This document shows positions 39,272-49,043 of a stretch of 64,000 nucleotides of DNA, one piece after another (positions within the stretch are counted from its first letter, which is position 1; each line of letters opens with the position of its first letter). The notes beneath the pieces were generated by a model, which saw only the letters and a list, made by a program, of their open reading frames with translations, did not search any database and was not told where the DNA came from. Location of the stretch: contig JBILPR010000001.1 of assembly GCA_044373795.1 (NCBI GenBank), positions 2,783 to 66,782 of the forward strand, given 5' to 3'. The DNA is from Algoriphagus sp. (GTDB lineage Bacteria > Bacteroidota > Bacteroidia > Cytophagales > Cyclobacteriaceae). Position numbers and translations under genes: made by a program.

Positions 39272-40930
39272 ATGAGTAAACAAAACGAATCCTGGGGCTC
39301 AAGAGTGGGTCTTATTTTGGCAATGGCGGGAAACGCTGTTGGACTTGGGAATTTCCTGAGATTTCCTGTACAAGCTGTTCAAAATGGCGGGGGCGCTTTT
39401 ATCCTTCCCTATTTGATTTGTTTCCTTCTAATGGGCATCCCCCTATTATTTGTGGAATGGTCTTTAGGCCGATACGGAGGAAAATTGGGGAATCACAGTA
39501 CCCCTTACATCCTAGATTCTATTACAAAAAAGGCAGTTTGGAAATACGTGGGGGTATTTGGAATCTTTACCAACATTGCCGTGGTTGCTTACTATACCTA
39601 CATCGAATCCTGGACCTTTATCTATGTATTCCATACCCTGTTTGGCACATTTACAGAAATGAATCAGGCAGAAATCAGTACGTATTTTAATGATTACGTA
39701 GGCCTGAACGGTACTCTTTTTGGAATGAATTACTTGCCTGTTTTAGTTTACGTGGCTATTTTGGGACTCAATGTTTACATCCTTTCCACAGGATTAGGGG
39801 GCATTGAAAAAGTGGCTAAAATCGGTATGCCGCTTTTGGTTCTTTTCGGAATAATACTGGCTTACAGAGGCTGGACAATGGGTGCTGATTTTGCATCAGA
39901 AGCTTTCCCGGATGCTAATGCATGGGATGGTATCAATTTCCTTTGGACTCCACAATACTCTTCTCTAGCTGATCCGAAAGTTTGGCTGGCAGCAGCAGGC
40001 CAGATTTTCTTCACCCTTTCCGTGGGAATGGGTTCTATCCAGTGCTATGCCTCCTACATGAAAGAAAACGAGGATATCGCACTTAACTCTCTTACTGCAG
40101 GTTTTACGAACGAATTTGTGGAAGTTATCTTGGGTAGCGCGATTGTAATACCTATTGCAGCTGGTTTCCTTGGATTGGATTGGGTAATGGAAAATGCTGG
40201 TTTCGGCATGGCTTTCCAGACGATGCCTTTCCTCTTTCAGCAGTGGGGTGCTGTCTTCGGAGTGATTGCCGGCGTTTGCTGGTTTGGTCTCCTGTTCTTT
40301 GCAGGTATCACATCATCACTTGCCATGGGAACTCCCTGGATGGGATTCATGCACGATGAATTTGGATGGGGTAAAGTAAAAGGAGCTGTTTCTTTTGGAG
40401 TGTTAGCTTTAATCATGGGACTTCCAACAGTACTTTTTTACGAATATGGGTATTTCGATGAATACGATTACTGGGCAGGAACTGTCAGTTTGGTGGTATT
40501 TGCTTTGCTAGAGATTGTCCTGTTTGCATGGGTATTTGGAATGGAAAAAGGCTGGGAGGAAATCACCAGAGGTGCTGATATCAGGATTCCTTTGGTTTAT
40601 AAATTCATTATTAAATACATTACCCCTGTATTACTTCTTATGGTATTCCTTGGTGCACTATTTACTCCTCAGGGAAATGATTGGGCAGGAGCATTATCAG
40701 GGTTATTTGAAGGAAATGGATGGACCCTGGATAATAGCTCTCTGATCGCAAAAGTAACCCTTGGGGATTTGAAGGCTCAACTGGCTTTGAATCCTGATGA
40801 TTCGGTGTTTATTGAAGATAAGATGTTCTTTACTCAAATGGCCCGAACCCAAATGATTATCCTTTTTGTATTTATTTCAATTATCGTTTGGTTCTCTACC
40901 AAAAAACGTAAACTCGAAGGTCGACTATGA
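39272..40930 (+). CDS. NSS/SNF family sodium-dependent transporter
   Basis: AMAGNAVGLGNFLRFP, GGGAFILPY, AAGQIFFTLS, YASY; ATG 39272 preferred. Confidence 0.95.
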   Translation: MSKQNESWGSRVGLILAMAGNAVGLGNFLRFPVQAVQNGGGAFILPYLICFLLMGIPLLFVEWSLGRYGGKLGNHSTPYILDSITKKAVWKYVGVFGIFTNIAVVAYYTYIESWTFIYVFHTLFGTFTEMNQAEISTYFNDYVGLNGTLFGMNYLPVLVYVAILGLNVYILSTGLGGIEKVAKIGMPLLVLFGIILAYRGWTMGADFASEAFPDANAWDGINFLWTPQYSSLADPKVWLAAAGQIFFTLSVGMGSIQCYASYMKENEDIALNSLTAGFTNEFVEVILGSAIVIPIAAGFLGLDWVMENAGFGMAFQTMPFLFQQWGAVFGVIAGVCWFGLLFFAGITSSLAMGTPWMGFMHDEFGWGKVKGAVSFGVLALIMGLPTVLFYEYGYFDEYDYWAGTVSLVVFALLEIVLFAWVFGMEKGWEEITRGADIRIPLVYKFIIKYITPVLLLMVFLGALFTPQGNDWAGALSGLFEGNGWTLDNSSLIAKVTLGDLKAQLALNPDDSVFIEDKMFFTQMARTQMIILFVFISIIVWFSTKKRKLEGRL

Positions 40931-41031
40931 ATACTTCTGCATTAATTCTGGCATTGATCACTCAGACTTTAGTCACGGGCGTCACATTGTATTGCTTTTA
41001 CCTCGTTTTAAGGAAGCCTAAAGTCAAATAG
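40927..41031 (+). CDS. MetS-like small NSS transporter subunit, 34 aa (not in ORF track)
   Basis: Hand-translated MNTSALILALITQTLVTGVTLYCFYLVLRKPKVK; ATGA overlap with transporter stop; single TM with basic C-tail. Confidence 0.75.
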   Translation: MNTSALILALITQTLVTGVTLYCFYLVLRKPKVK

Positions 41032-41051
41032 ACTTCTCAGATTTTCATTTG

Positions 41052-41090
41052 AAATCCTGCGCTTTTAAAAATAGCGCAGGATTTTTTTTT
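41052..41090 (+). terminator. intrinsic terminator
   Basis: aaatcctgcgct...agcgcaggattt plus T-run. Confidence 0.8.
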
Positions 41091-41205
41091 CTCTGACGGC
41101 TAAATTTCTTACCCTTTAGACACTTTAATGGTGGCTTTTTGGTATACTGAAGAGGCAATGAAAATAGCCGATTTTTATCAATACAAAGGTTAAGTATATA
41201 ATTCC

Positions 41206-41775
41206 ATGCGGAAAATCCTTGTGCTATTTGCTCACCCAAAATATGAGCACTCCGATGCTAACCATGCTCTGATACAGTCCATCGAAAATTTAGAGAATGT
41301 ACAGATCAGGGACCTTTATGAGTTGTATCCCGATTTCAATGTGAACATTCAGGAAGAACAGGAGCGACTTTTTGAATACGATGTGATCGTCTGGCAGCAT
41401 CCATTTTATTGGTATTCATGCCCGCCTCTGTTAAAACAATGGATTGATCTGGTACTTGAATATGGCTGGGCGTATGGTCCCGGAGGAGTTTATCTGAAGG
41501 GAAAATACATCTTCAATGCAATTACCACCGGAGGTTCTCCTGAAGTCTATGCGCACAAAGGAAGAAACAGATACACCATTTCTGAGTTTCTCAGACCCTT
41601 CGAGCAAACAGCCAAATTATGTGGAATGCATTATTTACCCCATTTCCACTTGGGAGGCACGCATAAAGCTTCCGAGTCTGATTTATTAAAAAAAGGGAAT
41701 GAATACCGTGAATTAATTCTGCATCTCCGGGATTCGGAATCGATCGCAGCGGAGCCTGATCATTTAATTCATTAG
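41206..41775 (+). CDS. kefG: KefF/KefG-like flavodoxin-fold NAD(P)H oxidoreductase
   Basis: LFAHP, DLYELYPDFNVN, WQHPFYWYSCPPLLKQWID, RPFEQTA; KefF versus KefG not resolvable. Confidence 0.85.
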   Translation: MRKILVLFAHPKYEHSDANHALIQSIENLENVQIRDLYELYPDFNVNIQEEQERLFEYDVIVWQHPFYWYSCPPLLKQWIDLVLEYGWAYGPGGVYLKGKYIFNAITTGGSPEVYAHKGRNRYTISEFLRPFEQTAKLCGMHYLPHFHLGGTHKASESDLLKKGNEYRELILHLRDSESIAAEPDHLIH

Positions 41776-41778
41776 ACA

Positions 41779-43671
41779 ATGGATGGATTTCTGGTAAATG
41801 CAATCATCTACATACTGGCAGCAATAGTATGTGTTCCTATTGCCAAGCGATTGGGAATGAGCGCAGTATTGGGATATTTAATTGCCGGAATTCTGATTGG
41901 ACCCTACGTTCTTGGATTTATTTCAAATGAAGGCGAAGGTCATGACATCATGCACAATGCAGAATTTGGAGTCGTGATGATGCTGTTTTTAATTGGACTT
42001 GAGCTGGAGCCCCAGAATCTGTGGAAAATGAAAAAGCTGATCATCACCGTTGGTCTGACTCAGGTTTTGGTAACGGCTGCTTTGATAACAGGTATTGGCA
42101 TTGCCTTAGGATTTGACTGGAGGCTCTGTCTTGCCGCAGGATTATCTATGTCGCTTTCTTCAACGGCAATCGTAATTCAAAATCTGAAGGAGAAAAACGA
42201 AATGGGAAGTCCCGGAGGCAAAATGTCTTTTGGGGTATTATTGATGCAGGATATAGCAGTGATTCCAATTCTGGCTTTTTTACCTCTTCTGGCAGTGGCA
42301 GCAGTAAGAATTGAGGGGAAATCCGGCTCTCAAGGAATTTTGGAAAATCAACCTGGTTGGGTTCAGACTTTGATGATTTTCGGGGCAATCGGAGTGGTGG
42401 TTTTACTCGGAAGATTTGGATTCGGGCCATTGCTCAATTGGGTTTCGAAGACCAAACTCCGGGAATTGTTTACTGCTTCAGCTTTGCTGATTGTGGTCGG
42501 AATAGCATTCCTGATGGAACTTGTAGGCCTCAGCCCTGCACTAGGCACCTTTCTTGCAGGAGTAATCCTTGCCAACTCACCTTACAAACATGCACTTGAA
42601 TCTGACCTTGACCCATTCAAAGGCTTACTTCTAGGACTTTTCTTTATGGCTGTAGGTGCGACTATCAGTTTCTCGCTGGTAGCAAATGAAGCATCAGCTG
42701 TCATTTCGATCACGCTAGGAATTATCATTTTGAAAACTCTGATTCTGCTAGTAATCGGAAAATTCAAGAAACTCAACCTCTCGGAAAACCTGAATTTTGC
42801 TCTCGGGCTTTCGCAGGTGGGTGAATTCTCCTTCGTGACTTATGCTTTCGCCTTGCAGCTTGGGATTTTGACTCAGGCAAATTCCGACTTTCTTATGGCT
42901 GTCACCGCTCTTACCATGACAACAACTCCCCTATTGATGGTCGTTTTGGATAAATTTATTCAGCCTAAGCTTATGAAAGCATCTTCCAGAAATGAGCGGA
43001 AAATGGATAAAAATATTGGTGGGAAAAATAAAGTGATCCTGATTGGTTTTGGCCATTTTGGGTCCACACTCGGAAGATTTATGCGTGCAAATGGTGTAGA
43101 GGCCACCATCCTGGATGCAGATCCTGACCAAGTGGATTTCCTTCGAAAAATGGGATTCAAAGTCTTTTATGGTGACGGAACAAGGCTTGAGTTATTGCAT
43201 TCCGCAGGTGCTGAGCAAGCCGAAATTCTCATTTCTGCCATTGATAACACCGAACACAGCTTGAAACTGGTCCAACTTTGCAAAGAGCATTTCCCTCATC
43301 TGGAAGTGATGATCCGTGCCAAAAACAGGTACGATGCTTATGAAATGATGGAAATGGGCGTGAAAAATGTCTATCGCGAGCACCTCGATACTTCTATCCG
43401 AATGGGTGAAGATGTCTTGCGAAAGCTTGGTTTCAGAGCGCATACAACCCACCGACTTGCCAAGCAATTCAAGGAATACGACGAGGAAGCCCTCAAAGTG
43501 CTTGTTCAGTACAAAGGCAATCAGGACGAATACATCTCCAAAGTCAAAAAGCAGATTGAAATGCAGGAATCACTGCTTTCTGGGGAGTTGATGCGTAAAT
43601 TCTCAATGAACGATCATGCATGGGACAGCGAGGTGATGAAAGAGGCCAAAAAGAATCCTGAAATTCAATGA
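41779..43671 (+). CDS. kefB: KefB/KefC-type CPA2 K+ efflux antiporter with KTN domain
   Basis: AEFGVVMMLFLIGLEL, PFKGLLLGLFF, QVGEFSF, IGFGHFG, FYGDGTR; KefB versus KefC not resolvable. Confidence 0.88.
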   Translation: MDGFLVNAIIYILAAIVCVPIAKRLGMSAVLGYLIAGILIGPYVLGFISNEGEGHDIMHNAEFGVVMMLFLIGLELEPQNLWKMKKLIITVGLTQVLVTAALITGIGIALGFDWRLCLAAGLSMSLSSTAIVIQNLKEKNEMGSPGGKMSFGVLLMQDIAVIPILAFLPLLAVAAVRIEGKSGSQGILENQPGWVQTLMIFGAIGVVVLLGRFGFGPLLNWVSKTKLRELFTASALLIVVGIAFLMELVGLSPALGTFLAGVILANSPYKHALESDLDPFKGLLLGLFFMAVGATISFSLVANEASAVISITLGIIILKTLILLVIGKFKKLNLSENLNFALGLSQVGEFSFVTYAFALQLGILTQANSDFLMAVTALTMTTTPLLMVVLDKFIQPKLMKASSRNERKMDKNIGGKNKVILIGFGHFGSTLGRFMRANGVEATILDADPDQVDFLRKMGFKVFYGDGTRLELLHSAGAEQAEILISAIDNTEHSLKLVQLCKEHFPHLEVMIRAKNRYDAYEMMEMGVKNVYREHLDTSIRMGEDVLRKLGFRAHTTHRLAKQFKEYDEEALKVLVQYKGNQDEYISKVKKQIEMQESLLSGELMRKFSMNDHAWDSEVMKEAKKNPEIQ

Positions 43672-44242
43672 TTTCCTTCCAAATCTGAAAATATACCAAG
43701 AATGATTTCAGACACTAAACCGAGTTTATCAAAGGTAAACCTGCTTTCAACAAAACCATACTAGCAGTTTTGGAATGAAGAAAAACCTGAGCCATTTTTT
43801 AAATTCAGATTATAATAAAATGAAATGGCCACATCACTCAAAAATTACTGCCTTAAGAAAAGTGACCCTTATCACCATCTTCCTTTTTTCGATTGGATTA
43901 TTTTTGCAACCCTGAATCTAAGAGGCTTTCAGCATTGCACGTCCAACAATCCACTGAGGATAGAAGTTGTAACCGAAACCTTTTGACTTTAAGGAACTAT
44001 TGACTCCGCCTTTCTATTGATCTGCCAATACTTTAAAGAGATTGAATTTAATAATCCCTACATCCAGGATGTTTTTGCCAATCCCTTTCTTGAAAAATAA
44101 AAACCTTTAGAGCCTCCAATTCGTGAAGAACTAAAAATCAGGTTTTACCAGTTGAATTGTCGTGTCTTAGATCAGCTCAATCTTTTATAAAAAGTCGTCA
44201 CCCAGGTGATGTTTGATTTGTTAATACAAAAACTTGAATCCT

Positions 44243-44491
44243 ATGAGCCAACAAATTTCAAAAATCAAAAAAGCCATTGAGGTGTTCAACACCTACGGCA
44301 TTACTTTGACAGGGCAGAGAAAAAATGATCATTTTGTTAAACAACTGAATATGGATCCGATTTTTGTAAATGGACTCATTTTCGAGTTGGAATTCAATCT
44401 TCAGGTATTCATTCAGGAAGAAAAGCTAAAAGGAGCATGCACACCGCGTCAGTTGATCGGATTACTAATGGAGATACCTCAAAACAATTAA
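44243..44491 (+). CDS. acyl-carrier-protein-like small protein lacking the conserved Ser
   Basis: QLNMDPIFVNGLIFELE aligns by eye to ACP DLGxDSLDxVELVMxLE. Confidence 0.55.
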   Translation: MSQQISKIKKAIEVFNTYGITLTGQRKNDHFVKQLNMDPIFVNGLIFELEFNLQVFIQEEKLKGACTPRQLIGLLMEIPQNN

Positions 44492-44506
44492 GCTCATTTT
44501 TCATTA

Positions 44507-45595
44507 ATGAGTCAATACAGAAAATTAAAGATATCGGCCGGACTGAGTTCGGCCGTATTTTTTGGCTGCTTTGCCATTTCAACCTTTACAAATGATATTC
44601 CTGAAATGTCCTATACTTTCAATCCAAAACTGGAATACGCAAAGGTTCCCTCCGATTGGAAAGGTACTCCCAAACTGAGCGATGGAACTTTTCAGAATCT
44701 CCACTACCCTTTCGAGTCAAAATTTACAGACGTTCTGAAGTGGAAGCTAAGCCAAAATCCCCAGGCAGAAGAGAAAAAAACTGATGTTAGAAAGCTAGAA
44801 ACCGAGTTTATCGAAACTTTTAGCCCTTCGGAAAAAGATGAACTTATATGGCTGGGACATGCCAGCTATCTGATCCACCTGGATGGGGTTACTATCTTGA
44901 CAGATCCTGTCTGGCTGGACAATTGGGCTCTGAAACGCCAAAGCAAACTTCCGATCGATCCGGAGGAGTTGCGTGATGTGGATTATATTTTGATTTCTCA
45001 TGATCATAGAGATCATTGCGATGAAAATACGCTAAAACTTTTGGTTTCACTTTTGCCAAAAGTCAAAATCCTGACCGGGCTAAACATGAAACCATTAATT
45101 GAATCATGGACTCCCAAAACACTGATTCAGGAAGCTGGCTGGTTTCAAAATTATAATCTGACCGATTCACTTCAGATCACTTTTGTACCCTCCAGACATT
45201 GGTCAAGACGTGGATTAATAGACCAAAACGAGCGCCTTTGGGGTGGATTCTACATTCAGTCTGGGGACAAAAGCCTCTATTTCATGGGAGATTCGGGCTA
45301 TGGCCCACACTTTCAAATGATCTCAGAAGCACTCGGTGCTCCTGATTATGCTTTGATGGGCGTGGGCGCTTTCAAACCGGAATGGTTTATGAATCCGGCA
45401 CACACCAGCCCGATGGATGCTGCAAAAGCTTTCAGAGAGATGGAAGCAAAGCACTTCATACCGATGCATTTTGGGACATTTGACCTTTCGGATGAACCTC
45501 TTTTGGAACCATTGGATTGGCTGCTCGCCAATCCCGATTCGGTCAACAGAAGTTTGATTGTGCCGGTCTTGGGAAGGAATTTGTTTAAGAACTAG
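44507..45595 (+). CDS. MBL-fold metallo-hydrolase (NAPE-PLD-like)
   Basis: WLGHAS, TDPVW, SHDHRDH, PSRHWS, GDSGY, PMHFGTF. Confidence 0.9.
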   Translation: MSQYRKLKISAGLSSAVFFGCFAISTFTNDIPEMSYTFNPKLEYAKVPSDWKGTPKLSDGTFQNLHYPFESKFTDVLKWKLSQNPQAEEKKTDVRKLETEFIETFSPSEKDELIWLGHASYLIHLDGVTILTDPVWLDNWALKRQSKLPIDPEELRDVDYILISHDHRDHCDENTLKLLVSLLPKVKILTGLNMKPLIESWTPKTLIQEAGWFQNYNLTDSLQITFVPSRHWSRRGLIDQNERLWGGFYIQSGDKSLYFMGDSGYGPHFQMISEALGAPDYALMGVGAFKPEWFMNPAHTSPMDAAKAFREMEAKHFIPMHFGTFDLSDEPLLEPLDWLLANPDSVNRSLIVPVLGRNLFKN

Positions 45596-45862
45596 AATTT
45601 AATTTCTGCTTCTCCTGCCGGTATTTCATTTCCCAAAGGTTAGAACAGGGCTAACTCATCCCATCCCTAAAAATTTAAAAGATGATTTTTTATGGAAAAA
45701 AAGCGTACTAAAAATTCCTTTTGGAATGCGCAAACTGAGCCTGAGAATTTGGGTTAAATACCGGACTTTCAGAAAGCCCTGTTTATAACCTCAAATAAAA
45801 AAAACATAAACCTCCTTTTTTCACACTTGCGTAGTCCCTGACCTTAAAAATTGAAGGGAAAC

Positions 45863-45897
45863 AAAAAAGGCAAGGATTTGATCCTTGCCTTTTTTTT
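45863..45897. terminator. bidirectional intrinsic terminator
   Basis: aaaaaaggcaaggat-ttg-atccttgccttttttt. Confidence 0.85.
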
Positions 45898-45962
45898 CCT
45901 TTTGATTTATCAATAAAACTCCTCTGAATTGAGGTAATCTCAACTACGAAGAAAAATACTAA

Positions 45963-47177
45963 TCAATTAGAAGTTCGAATAGAGTTACCGACAGGAATAT
46001 CATTTTCATTGTCCTCCTCAAGATGCGATTCCTCATCCTCAAAAGAGTTCGAAAGTGTCAATCTCAGCCAAATAAAGCCTATTCCTCCCGCAATAATGGA
46101 AGCTGATAGAATTGCAATTTTTGAGGCGTTAATTAAAAAATCACCTTCAAAAGCAAGTAAAGTAACAAAGACAGACATGGTAAATCCTATGCCTCCTAAA
46201 AATCCCACGCCGATAATATTACTCCATTTCAGATCAGATGGCAAAGAGCAAAGCTTGAGACTGACCCCAATCAGAGAAAATAACCAAATCCCGAGAGGCT
46301 TTCCAATTACCAATCCAAGTATGATACCCAAACTGCTCACTTGAATCAATCCCGACACCCATTCGCCTCCAATGGCAATCGCTGTATTCGCAACTGCAAA
46401 GACCGGAAGGACGAAAAAAGCCACTATGTAGTGTAGTTTATGCTGAAGAATGTAGGAAGGTGATTTCTTTTTACCACTGCCAAAGGGTATTGCAAAAGCT
46501 AACAAAACCCCTGAAATGGTAGCATGAATTCCAGAATTAAGCATGAAATACCACATCACTACTCCACCAATAAGGTAAGGAATCAGATTATAAACTTTCA
46601 ACCTATTAAGAACAATCAGTACTCCAAAAACACCCAATGCAATGAATAAATCAGAAAAGAGGATAGATTCTGTGTAAAAAATGGCAATCACGATGATTGC
46701 TCCAAGATCATCCATTACAGCCAATGCGGTCAGAAATACCTTCAATGAAGCAGGAACTCTATTTCCCAACAAGGATAAGATCCCGATAGCGAAAGCAATA
46801 TCTGTAGCCATCGGAATACCAGCGCCTGATTGGGTTTCTGTTCCAAAATTTAACAAAAGGAAAATACCAGCCGGAATGAGCATTCCTCCTAAAGCACCAA
46901 ACATTGGCAGTGCAGCATTTTTTATGCTTGAAAGTTCTCCCTCATAAATTTCCCGCTCAAGTTCAAGACCAATTAACAAAAAGAAAATCGTCATCAAACC
47001 GTCATTGATCCATTGTACAAGGGTATGGCCTCCCAAATCCATGTCCCAAAAGCTGATGTATTCTGATGCCCATATTGAATTTGCTTGAGCCATAGAAACG
47101 AGTGTGACGAAAATTAAAACCAAACCTCCGGCCTTATTGCTTTTAAAAAAAAGTTTGAATAGTCTGGTCAGTTTCAT
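45963..47177 (-). CDS. nhaA: Na+/H+ antiporter NhaA
   Basis: WINDGLMTIFF, GIPMATDIAF, LAVMDDLG, SGIHATISG, GLVIGKPLG, GIGFTMS. Confidence 0.96.
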   Translation of the reverse strand: MKLTRLFKLFFKSNKAGGLVLIFVTLVSMAQANSIWASEYISFWDMDLGGHTLVQWINDGLMTIFFLLIGLELEREIYEGELSSIKNAALPMFGALGGMLIPAGIFLLLNFGTETQSGAGIPMATDIAFAIGILSLLGNRVPASLKVFLTALAVMDDLGAIIVIAIFYTESILFSDLFIALGVFGVLIVLNRLKVYNLIPYLIGGVVMWYFMLNSGIHATISGVLLAFAIPFGSGKKKSPSYILQHKLHYIVAFFVLPVFAVANTAIAIGGEWVSGLIQVSSLGIILGLVIGKPLGIWLFSLIGVSLKLCSLPSDLKWSNIIGVGFLGGIGFTMSVFVTLLAFEGDFLINASKIAILSASIIAGGIGFIWLRLTLSNSFEDEESHLEEDNENDIPVGNSIRTSN

Positions 47178-47525
47178 TTGTATCGTTGGTTAAAATTCAT
47201 AAATGAATAATCGCCTTGCCGGTAAATCGGAAAGGGTTTTCAAATAATGCATTTGGTGATAGGTTGAGGCTCTCCAAAATGAAACTCTAAAAATCCAACA
47301 TGATGGAATTTGAGTAGTTTAGCCAGTTTCTAGGAACTAGAATATTTGCAATGTAAAAAGCTCAAGCCAAAAACGCGTGTTTTTTCTTTTAACGGACGAA
47401 TTCTTAAGGTCAATCGGGAGATAAGCCTGTTGATTTGGTTTCCAGGCAAGTTCGTTTTCGTTCCAAATTTCTTGGTTTTCTTACTTTTTATTTCCTTGTC
47501 TTGCAAGAGGTCCGCTACCTTCTGA

Positions 47526-48905
47526 CTAAACCTGAATAGTTTTCCATTTTCCCTTTCGGAAGAAATAGAGAGAAACCAACGCATGGAAAGAATGGCTAAA
47601 ACCAATCGCAATGAAAATCCCCAAATGAGCTAACCCAAACGGGAAAGCCAAGACGTACGCCAGCGGGATCTCCAGAAACCAAAGCACTCCAATATTGATC
47701 CAAGCTGGAGTACGGGTATCTCCAGCCCCATTGAAAGCCTGCGTCACTACCATTCCCAACGCGAAAAAAACATACCCGATCGCAATCACCCAAAGACCTT
47801 GAGCTGCAATAGATTGAACCATCGGAATTGTAGTGAAGAATCCGGCCATTTCATCCGAAAAAATCAAATAAATCCCAGTGACAGAAGCCATAAATATCAC
47901 TGTATATCGAGCGGTGAGCCAAACAGCTTGTTCTGCTCTTTGGGGTTGTTTTGCCCCAAGATTTTGTCCAACCAGAGTTGCCGCAGCTCCAGAAAGTCCC
48001 CAAGCTGGTAAAATCGTAAAAATAAGAATCCTGGAGCAAATAGTATATCCTGCCAGGGAAGTTGACCCAAACTCTGCTACCATTCTGGTCAACGCAATCC
48101 AGGAAACCGAATCGATCAGAAACTGACCCATCCCTCCGATTGCGATGTCCATGATTTTTTTGATGATTTCCCAGTTGATATGAAGGTTTTCCCGAAGGAT
48201 TTTCAGCTTATGCTTTCCGTTGAAAAGATGATATAACTGATAAATAACACCAACGCTCCGACCCATAGTGGTCGCAATCGCAGCTCCTTCCAGACCATAT
48301 CCCTCAAATGAACCAATCCCAAAAATCAAAAGCGGATCCAGTACAATATTGAAACCATTGGCAATCCACAGTGTACGCATCGCATGATGAGCCTGTCCTG
48401 CACCGCGAAAAGCTCCATTTAATAAAAAAAGCAGCATGATTGCGGTATTTCCAGCAAAAATTATTCGGGTATAGCTGACACCGGTTTCGATTACTTCAGG
48501 TTCTGCACCCATCAGACCTAAAATAAAAGGAGCCTGAAACCACCCAATTACTCCCAAGATAATGGAAATAACTCCTCCTACAACCAATAACTGAAAGGCT
48601 GCTGCTCCCGCTTCTTTGTATTCCTTTTCTCCAAACCTCCTTGATATCAAAGCCGTCGCAGCCATGCTGATTCCAAAGCCCATCGCATAAACCAACACGA
48701 TAACTGACTCTGTCAAACCCACAGTGGCAATCGCGTGCTCTCCCAATCTTGCCACGAAGAAGATGTCGACGACAGCAAAAAGTGACTCCATCATCATCTC
48801 CAGAATCATTGGGATTGCCAAGACGAAAATGGCTGTTTTCAGAGGAAGGCTGGTGAAATCCTGCTCTTTACCTAAAATGGCGTCTTTGATGAGTTGCCAG
48901 GTCAT
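47526..48905 (-). CDS. MATE family efflux transporter
   Basis: LAIPMILEM, VDIFFVARLG, NIVLDPLLIFG, GAAIAT, AFNGAGDT. Confidence 0.93.
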   Translation of the reverse strand: MTWQLIKDAILGKEQDFTSLPLKTAIFVLAIPMILEMMMESLFAVVDIFFVARLGEHAIATVGLTESVIVLVYAMGFGISMAATALISRRFGEKEYKEAGAAAFQLLVVGGVISIILGVIGWFQAPFILGLMGAEPEVIETGVSYTRIIFAGNTAIMLLFLLNGAFRGAGQAHHAMRTLWIANGFNIVLDPLLIFGIGSFEGYGLEGAAIATTMGRSVGVIYQLYHLFNGKHKLKILRENLHINWEIIKKIMDIAIGGMGQFLIDSVSWIALTRMVAEFGSTSLAGYTICSRILIFTILPAWGLSGAAATLVGQNLGAKQPQRAEQAVWLTARYTVIFMASVTGIYLIFSDEMAGFFTTIPMVQSIAAQGLWVIAIGYVFFALGMVVTQAFNGAGDTRTPAWINIGVLWFLEIPLAYVLAFPFGLAHLGIFIAIGFSHSFHALVSLYFFRKGKWKTIQV

Positions 48906-49043
48906 TGAATGGAATTTGAAGAATGAAAGTCAGGAACTTGCCGGAATCGCTAAATTAGGATTAAAAAATGAAGAAAATCCGGCTAAATTAAAGCAGGAAA
49001 AAGCTTTTTTTAATCAATTGAGGCACCGGGAAAATTTATGATG

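Noticed and set aside
43820-43915. 31-aa hydrophobic ORF MKWPHHSKITALRKVTLITIFLFSIGLFLQP
   Set aside because: Short, competes with an overlapping frame, no supporting signals.
45735-45840. TPP-riboswitch-like words (CTGAGA, ATACC, GCGTAG)
   Set aside because: Missing ACCTGA core, wrong spacing, and located between convergent genes with no thiamine gene downstream.
47330-47611. 93-aa minus ORF between MATE and nhaA
   Set aside because: Overlaps the MATE 3' end out of frame; low-complexity Lys-rich spacer sequence.
48949-48990. Direct repeat GCTAAATTA upstream of MATE
   Set aside because: Likely tandem TAnnTTTG-like promoter variants (TAATTTAG) or chance; only two copies.
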